A stretch of DNA of 64,000 nt, from NCBI GenBank assembly GCA_963848685.1, contig CAWKED010000003.1:266337-330336 (forward strand), given 5' to 3'. Positions 58,308 through 64,000 of this stretch are shown in pieces. The notes under the pieces were generated by a model that worked only from the letters and a program-made list of their open reading frames with translations, had not been told where the DNA came from and did not search any database. A program made the position numbers and the translations under genes. This DNA is from an uncultured Acidobacteriaceae bacterium. Its GTDB lineage: Bacteria > Acidobacteriota > Terriglobia > Terriglobales > Acidobacteriaceae. The first letter of the stretch is position 1. The number at the start of each line of letters is the position of its first letter.

Positions 58308-61300
58308 ATGCGTGTTGGCAAACTATCTACCGCAATCCGTTCCGGAATTGCGACGGCGACCGTTTTTGTCGGCCTGATGTCGGCAGCGCCTCTTTCGGCC
58401 CAAGTCGGTCAGGCGACGTTAACGGGCACGGTCGAAGATGCGACGGGCGCTGTCATCCCCGGCGCCACCGTTACCCTCACCGACACGACCAACCAGACGC
58501 AGCGTACCGCCAAGAGTGACGGCCGCGGCTTCTTCTCGTTTCCAACCCTTCCCGCCGCGACGTATGAGGCGAAGTTCCAGATGAGCGGCTTTACCGACCT
58601 TGTCCGCCGCAACATCGTCGTGCATATCGCGGACCACCTCGACGTCCCAAACATTCACATGCAGGCCGGCGGCGTCAGCCAGTCGGTCACGGTCACGGCG
58701 GAATCGGACGCGATTGTGCCGACGACCTCCGGCGAGACAAGCTACACGCTGACGGCGAAGCAGATCCAGAACCTCGACATTGAAGGCCGCAGCGCGATTG
58801 AGCTGCTGGGGCTCGTGCCGGGCGCGGCGGACTCCGGCAACTTCAACAGCGACAGCTACAGCGGCCAGACAGCGGGCTTTACGCAGAATGCCAGCGCTTT
58901 CAGCGTGAACGGCAACCGCTTTGACCTGACGCAGATTGTCAGCGACGGCGCGACTGTGACAGACGTGAACACCGCCGGCTCCGCAGCCGTGACGCCAAAC
59001 GTGGACATGGTGCAGGAGGCGAAGGTGGAAACCTCGGCCTTCCTGCCTGAGAACCCGAACGGGCCCATCGTGGTTTCGACGGAGACAAAATCGGGCGGCA
59101 AGAGTTTCCACGGAGAGCTGTACGCCAGCGTCCGCAACAATGTGCTGGACGATACCGATTGGCGCGTCAAGAACCTTGGTCTGCCGAAGCCGGACGACGC
59201 GTACTACTATCCCGGCGTAAACATTGGCGGCCCGGTGATCATTCCCGGCACGGGTTTCAACAAGAACCGCGACAAGCTGTTCTTCTTTGCGGCATTCGAG
59301 AAAGATCTGCAGTACGTCCAGGACCCGCTGCTGGATATTCGCGAGGCGGTGACGCCGACGGCGGCCATGCGCATGGGCGATTTCAGTGATGCGGCGTATC
59401 TGAGCAACTTCTCCACCACTGCCTATTACGCAAGCGTGACGCCTTGCACGCCCGCCGGCAGCAATACTTCCCTGTGCAACGGCACGACGGGCATCATCAA
59501 TCCGGGAGCCATCAGCCCCGCAGGGCAGGTGCTGATCAATGCGCTGCCGCTGCCAAATGCTGATCCATCGACCAACGGCGGTTACAATCTCGTTTCGGCT
59601 GTAACGAACTTCCAGCCGCGCGACCAGGAAAACATAAAGCTGGATTACAACATCAGCCAGCGAAACCATCTTTCCGGCCGCTACAACCATGAGGCGGAGA
59701 CGGTCCCATTCCCATTCGGCTACTACGACAACTTCACGCCGAGCGAGTATCCCGGAGGCCAGTACAACCACAACACCTCGAATTCCGCGGTGGCAAACCT
59801 GTCGTCCCAACTCAGCTCCAGCATGACCAACTCGCTTGTGCTGTCATACACGCGTTTGAACTTCCAGACCTTTCTCGGCAACGAAGCTGCAGTGTCGCGC
59901 TCGGCGCTGAACTATTCCGGGCCCGATCTTTACAACAATGGTTCCGACATTCTGCCGAACGTTCAGCCTGCCTATGGCAACGGAGCTTACGCATCGCTGT
60001 ACCTGCCTGGTGGCAGCTATCCCACAACCCACAATCCGCAGGAAACCTATGTCCTGAACGAAAGTGTGAGCAAGCTTTGGGGCGCCCACTCTTTCAAGGC
60101 GGGCTTTTACTATGCGCAGCAGCAATTCGGACAACTGACGCAGGGCGTGGAGAACGGCACCATCATCACCGGTGAATATGGCGGTTCCTACAACACAGGC
60201 AATGCCTTCGCCGATTTACTTACCGGCCAGATTGCCGGTTACCAGCAGAGCACCAAGAATTTTGTCGGTTACATGCGCGAGCGCCGCGCGGACTTCTTTC
60301 TGCAGGACCAATGGAAAATAAAGCCGCGCTTCAACTTGAACTATGGTGTTCGCGTTAACCACATTGGCGCCTGGTATGAAACGAGCGGCAAGGTCGTGGT
60401 TTTCGATCCTGCTCTGTACGACCCCAGTGGAACCTACGCGGAAGCGCCCGGCCTGGTCACGCATGCCACGGATTCGTCGATTTCGATCAGCGGCGGACAT
60501 GCTCTCGGGTTTCAGATTGCGCCGGACGTGGGATTCGCCTATGACGTCCGCGGCAACGGGACAACGATCGTGCGCGGCGGCTTCGGCACGAACTATTATG
60601 CTGATCCCGGTTCGAATGCATTCTCGACCATTCAGGCTCCGCCGAACGAAACCTTCACGAGTTACTACGGCCTGACCACGATCAGCAACATTCCCAACCT
60701 GCAGACCTACCTGCCGCTTGGCCTGTACGGCATTGGTGACATAAACGACCGCCATCTTCCTGTGACGCGTTCCTATGCACTGGCGTTGGCGCAGGTCTAC
60801 CCCAAGGGGATCAATATCGAAATTTCGTACAACGGCAATGTGTCGAAATACCTGACGGGATATCTGAATACCAATCCGGTCCCGGAAGGCTGCCCGGAGG
60901 AATATCCGGGCTATACGCCTGGTTCCTACAACGATGCACAGTGCCGGCCATACATGCTGCTCTCCGGTCTCAGCACGGAAGTACATAACCTGAGCTCGTT
61001 CTACAACTCGATGCAGGTCACGGCGTCGAAGCAGGCCGGTGCTTTCAACTTCTGGACGACGTACACCTACGGCAAAGCGCTGGCCTATAACTGCGAGAAC
61101 CCGTTCGACGAGCGCCGTTGCTACGGTGTGGCCCCGTTTGACCGCAGCCAGAACCTGAACATTTCGTACTTGATCAACCTGCCGAACGTCAGCGCCAAAT
61201 ATCTCGGCAATCACAAAGTGGTGAATGGCATTCTTGATGGTTGGCAATTCACCGGCATTGAGCAATTCTCCACGGGCACGCCGCTCCAAACCACGGCGGC

Positions 61301-61844
61301 CGCGTCCGCGAACGGCAATTCCGGCAACGAGTACGACGGGATCCATAACCGCACAATCAACTTCTACGGTGTCAGCGACGCAACCAACGGGTACAACTCA
61401 CCAAATTTCGACAATCGCGTTACCGTCGGAACTCCGGACGAGCAGGCCGTTCCTACACTTGTCTGCAATCCGCTGAGCAACCTGCACGCTCATCAGTATT
61501 TCAACGCAGCATGTTTCCAGGCGCCGCAGCTCGGGGCGCCCAACGCGCCAAGCATCGGTACCTACGAGTTGCCCTATATCCACGGCCCGCGTAACGAGGC
61601 GGACGACATAGGCCTGTACAAGGCATTCAAGATTTCTGACACCCGCAGCGTACAGTTCCGTGCACAGGCCTTCAACGTCTTCAATCATCCGCAGGACGCC
61701 TTCATTCAGTACGATCCGGGCCTTTACCTGCACTATGACGCGTATGGCGCTCTCCCGGTAAACACCGGACCGGGGCAGGCCGGCTACGCAACCACCAAGC
61801 TTGGCCATCGCACCGTGCAACTGCAGGCGAAAATCTACTTCTAG
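58308..61844 (+). CDS. TonB-dependent receptor-like outer-membrane protein with carboxypeptidase-regulatory-like domain
   Basis: The likely start is the ATG at 58308 (the track ORF starts at 58155). MRVGKLSTAIRSGIATATVFVGLMSAAPLSAQ (signal peptide), then VGQATLTGTVEDATGAVIPGATVTLTD (CarboxypepD_reg). C-terminal ...VQLQAKIYF. Paralogous architecture to 15585-19238. Confidence 0.82.
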   Translation: MRVGKLSTAIRSGIATATVFVGLMSAAPLSAQVGQATLTGTVEDATGAVIPGATVTLTDTTNQTQRTAKSDGRGFFSFPTLPAATYEAKFQMSGFTDLVRRNIVVHIADHLDVPNIHMQAGGVSQSVTVTAESDAIVPTTSGETSYTLTAKQIQNLDIEGRSAIELLGLVPGAADSGNFNSDSYSGQTAGFTQNASAFSVNGNRFDLTQIVSDGATVTDVNTAGSAAVTPNVDMVQEAKVETSAFLPENPNGPIVVSTETKSGGKSFHGELYASVRNNVLDDTDWRVKNLGLPKPDDAYYYPGVNIGGPVIIPGTGFNKNRDKLFFFAAFEKDLQYVQDPLLDIREAVTPTAAMRMGDFSDAAYLSNFSTTAYYASVTPCTPAGSNTSLCNGTTGIINPGAISPAGQVLINALPLPNADPSTNGGYNLVSAVTNFQPRDQENIKLDYNISQRNHLSGRYNHEAETVPFPFGYYDNFTPSEYPGGQYNHNTSNSAVANLSSQLSSSMTNSLVLSYTRLNFQTFLGNEAAVSRSALNYSGPDLYNNGSDILPNVQPAYGNGAYASLYLPGGSYPTTHNPQETYVLNESVSKLWGAHSFKAGFYYAQQQFGQLTQGVENGTIITGEYGGSYNTGNAFADLLTGQIAGYQQSTKNFVGYMRERRADFFLQDQWKIKPRFNLNYGVRVNHIGAWYETSGKVVVFDPALYDPSGTYAEAPGLVTHATDSSISISGGHALGFQIAPDVGFAYDVRGNGTTIVRGGFGTNYYADPGSNAFSTIQAPPNETFTSYYGLTTISNIPNLQTYLPLGLYGIGDINDRHLPVTRSYALALAQVYPKGINIEISYNGNVSKYLTGYLNTNPVPEGCPEEYPGYTPGSYNDAQCRPYMLLSGLSTEVHNLSSFYNSMQVTASKQAGAFNFWTTYTYGKALAYNCENPFDERRCYGVAPFDRSQNLNISYLINLPNVSAKYLGNHKVVNGILDGWQFTGIEQFSTGTPLQTTAAASANGNSGNEYDGIHNRTINFYGVSDATNGYNSPNFDNRVTVGTPDEQAVPTLVCNPLSNLHAHQYFNAACFQAPQLGAPNAPSIGTYELPYIHGPRNEADDIGLYKAFKISDTRSVQFRAQAFNVFNHPQDAFIQYDPGLYLHYDAYGALPVNTGPGQAGYATTKLGHRTVQLQAKIYF

Positions 61845-61866
61845 AGCGCGAACGAAAATTACAAGG

Positions 61867-61890
61867 CGGCCCGGGGACCATCCCGGGCCG
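61867..61890. terminator. Hairpin between convergent genes (bidirectional terminator candidate)
   Basis: cggcccggg-gaccat-cccgggccg: 9-bp perfect stem, followed by ttgtgtt. It lies between the stops at 61844 (+) and 61906 (-). Confidence 0.55.
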
Positions 61891-61905
61891 TTGTGTTCCC
61901 GGCCA

Positions 61906-63306
61906 TCACGGCGCCAGGTTGCCGCGCGCATAATCGAGCGAACGCAGCGACATCAGGTAGTCATAGCGCGCGTTGACCGCGCTGACGTCTGCCTGCGTGC
62001 TTTGCAGTTGCGCCTGGCTCAGCTCGACGATGGAACTCAGGCCGAGCTGGTAGCGTGTCTGCGCCAGCTTTAATGCCTGCGCTGCCTCGTCCCGAAACTT
62101 CTCGGCCACGCCAATACGCTGGAACGCCGTTTGCGAGGCCAGCGCCGCGACCTGCACATCCCGCGCGATGGTGTCGGACAGCGCCTGCTTTTGCTGCGCG
62201 ATGGCCCTTTCGCGGAGGCGGGCTTCTTCTGTCTCTGCGCTGATGCGAAAGCCGGTAAAGATCGGGATGCTCACGTTTACCCCGGCTGCGCCCCACCAGT
62301 TCTGGGGGAAATCGCCGTCGGGACGGATTGGGGTAACTCCGCCCGTCGCCAGCGCGGAGATTGACGGCAGGCGCTGCTCCTCATTGGCCAGCGCGAGCTT
62401 GTGCTCGGCCTCCTGGTTGAACTGCAAGGCTCGCAGGTCGGGCCGCTGGCTTTGGGCTTCCGCGATCAGTGGAGCGGAGTTCGCGGGCGGAGCTTCCGGC
62501 GCGGCAGCCAGGTCTTCGAGCGCGTGATACTGCGTAGTGGGCGGCGCCGCCAGCAGCGCCGCCAGCGCCGCGCTTGCCGAAGCAACATCGTTCCGCGCAT
62601 CAAGCTGAAAAAGCTGGGCCTGTGAGTAGTCCGCGGCGGCGATGTTCAAATCGAGATCGCTCTTGAGGCCATTTTTCGTCAGCGCCTGCGTCAGGTTCTG
62701 CGTGCTGCCCCGCGCCTGCAGCGTCGCGTTGGCCACCTGTAACAGAGACTGCGCATTCAACAGCCGGTAAAAAGCCTCATCGGTCGCCAGCAACACATCT
62801 TGCGCAGTAGCCAGCGTGTTCTGCTGTTCCGCTCTTTCGAGCAGGCGCGCGTTGGCGACCAGGTTCGGCGTGTGGCCGAAGTCGGTCAGCAACTGCGACA
62901 ACGTTCCTCCCGCGCCAAAGTGCGTGTAGACACGCGAGTCCGTAAGCGATCCGGCGCCGAGGCGGCTGCCGTCCTCGGCTTTGACTGCCGTGGCGGCGGC
63001 ATCCACCTGCGGGAGTTCGTTCGAGCGAACGCGGCGCGTCACCTGGCCGGATGCCAGGGCGAGCAGCTTCGCTGCGGTGATGCGCGGATTGTTCTTTAGC
63101 GCCTGGTCCTCGGCCTGGGCGCGGGTAATGGGGGTCGAGTCCGCGAACAGCGTATTGCCGGCAGACGTTTGTGTTTGTAAACCGGGCAAAGTTTCGGCAG
63201 GCAGGATGGCCGCCTGTGGCGCGGCCGGAAGTGGCTGCGCGGATTGCTGCGAAAGACCAGCAGACGGCAGCGCAGTCAGGACAAAGATCAAGGCAATTCT
63301 GTTCAT
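61906..63306 (-). CDS. TolC-family outer-membrane efflux protein
   Basis: 466 aa. Signal peptide MNRIALIFVLTALPSAGLSQQ. Two OEP-type repeats (e.g. ITRAQAEDQALKNNPRITAAKL...; LRALQFNQEAEHKLALANEEQRLPSISA). The start overlaps the upstream RND gene stop (ATGA). Confidence 0.85.
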   Translation of the reverse strand: MNRIALIFVLTALPSAGLSQQSAQPLPAAPQAAILPAETLPGLQTQTSAGNTLFADSTPITRAQAEDQALKNNPRITAAKLLALASGQVTRRVRSNELPQVDAAATAVKAEDGSRLGAGSLTDSRVYTHFGAGGTLSQLLTDFGHTPNLVANARLLERAEQQNTLATAQDVLLATDEAFYRLLNAQSLLQVANATLQARGSTQNLTQALTKNGLKSDLDLNIAAADYSQAQLFQLDARNDVASASAALAALLAAPPTTQYHALEDLAAAPEAPPANSAPLIAEAQSQRPDLRALQFNQEAEHKLALANEEQRLPSISALATGGVTPIRPDGDFPQNWWGAAGVNVSIPIFTGFRISAETEEARLRERAIAQQKQALSDTIARDVQVAALASQTAFQRIGVAEKFRDEAAQALKLAQTRYQLGLSSIVELSQAQLQSTQADVSAVNARYDYLMSLRSLDYARGNLAP

Positions 63307-64000
63307 GCCGGCAGCCCCTTTCGTGCGCGCCGTGCCTCAAGCCGTTTGTGGACGAGAAGGTAAGCGCACGGCACCAGGAACACCGTGACGATTCCCGATA
63401 CAGTCAGGCCGCCGAGAATGGCGCGTGCCAGCGGAGCATACTGTTCGCTGCCGGCTTCAAGCGCGAGCGCCATCGGAATCAATCCGAGCAGCGTCGCCAG
63501 CGTGGTCATCAGGATGGGACGCAACCTGGCTTTGCAGGCCGCAACGATCGCGTCTTCCAGCTTCTCGCCCGCCGTGCGGAGCTGTCCCACGAATTCGACG
63601 ATGAGAATGCTGTTCGATACCGCGATACCGATCATCATCAGCACGCCCATCAGGCTCATGATGTTCAACGTTGTGTTCGTTACGAGAAGGAACAGTACAA
63701 CGCCGGCGATTCCAGGAGGTATCGCCAGCAGAATGATGAACGGGTCCCAGAACGAGGCGAACTGCGCCATCAGGATGAGGAAGACGAGCACAATCGAAAG
63801 CCCGATTCCCAGGGCGAAGGAGCGAAACGAATCCCGCATGCTGACGATGCTGCCGCGCACGCTGAGCCGAATGCCCTTTGGCGGCTGGGTCTGCGCGAGG
63901 ACGCGATTGACCTCCTTGCTGACGCCGGTAAGATCTTCCTTTTTGGGCATGACGTAGATGTCGAACACGCGCCGCAACTGGTAGTGGTCCACCTCGGTTG
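63303..64000 (-). CDS. RND-family efflux transporter permease (AcrB-like), C-terminal part; the gene continues beyond the right edge
   Basis: FALGIGLSIVLVFLILMAQFASFWDPFIILLAIPPGIAGVVLFLLVTNTTLNIMSLMGVLMMIGIAVSNSILIVEF...RLRPILMTTLATLLGLIPMALALEAGSEQYAPLARAILGGL is the typical TM10-TM12 region of HAE1 RND pumps. The frame is open to position 64000. Confidence 0.9.
   Translation of the reverse strand, partial: TEVDHYQLRRVFDIYVMPKKEDLTGVSKEVNRVLAQTQPPKGIRLSVRGSIVSMRDSFRSFALGIGLSIVLVFLILMAQFASFWDPFIILLAIPPGIAGVVLFLLVTNTTLNIMSLMGVLMMIGIAVSNSILIVEFVGQLRTAGEKLEDAIVAACKARLRPILMTTLATLLGLIPMALALEAGSEQYAPLARAILGGLTVSGIVTVFLVPCAYLLVHKRLEARRARKGLPA

Noticed and set aside
55120-61346. ORFs 55120-56835 (+), 56801-58321 (-), 58419-59810 (-) and 60216-61346 (-)
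   Set aside because: They are antisense shadows of the GH53 galactanase, the LacI regulator and the second TonB-dependent receptor. No motifs, and the composition is Arg-rich.

Overview
High-GC bacterial chromosomal segment. The gene content suggests Acidobacteriota, probably Terriglobia/Acidobacteriaceae-like; this is an inference from two ~1200-aa CarboxypepD_reg-type TonB-dependent receptors, two CRTAC1/ASPIC-UnbV FG-GAP proteins and GT39 glycosyltransferases. The window mixes housekeeping genes with carbohydrate and envelope functions. Housekeeping: valS (partial, absent from the ORF track because it runs off the left edge), thrS, gltX, proS, rpoD, kdsD. Carbohydrate/envelope: secreted GH13 alpha-glucosidase; a TPR-trehalase-PfkB kinase-DUF2252 operon; a galactan/galactose locus (galK, galE-galT, GH53 galactanase, LacI regulator, TonB-dependent receptor); tandem M61 peptidases; an AsmA-like protein; and a TolC/RND efflux operon (partial at the right edge). 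I recognised no rRNA, tRNA, CRISPR array, transposase, integrase or phage gene. Many long ORFs in the track are antisense shadows of real genes, as expected in GC-rich DNA, and are rejected. Observations most worth follow-up: (1) a short palindromic repeat family (CTGTCATYCCG...GGAGGRAYCTGC) with at least 8 copies. Copies sit in-frame inside valS (twice) and inside a GT39 glycosyltransferase, resembling Rickettsia palindromic elements. One valS copy appears to be a 3n+2 insertion rescued by a nearby 1-nt indel, leaving the conserved ValRS EDRWI motif encoded out of frame. (2) A ~1336-aa cysteine-rich secreted homologue of the vertebrate hyaluronan depolymerases CEMIP/TMEM2 (G8 domain plus beta-helix). 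(3) A two-gene type III polyketide synthase plus SAM-methyltransferase cassette. (4) A perfect 12-bp palindrome, GTTAACGTTAAC, with near-copies in every promoter region of the galactan locus; this is a candidate operator for the LacI-family regulator. (5) A visibly AT-richer orphan gene for a 758-aa secreted protein with a histone-H1-like Lys/Ala tail, divergent from two tandem orphan STAS genes. (6) A frameshifted GT39 glycosyltransferase. All family assignments rest on motif recognition by eye; no database search was run.
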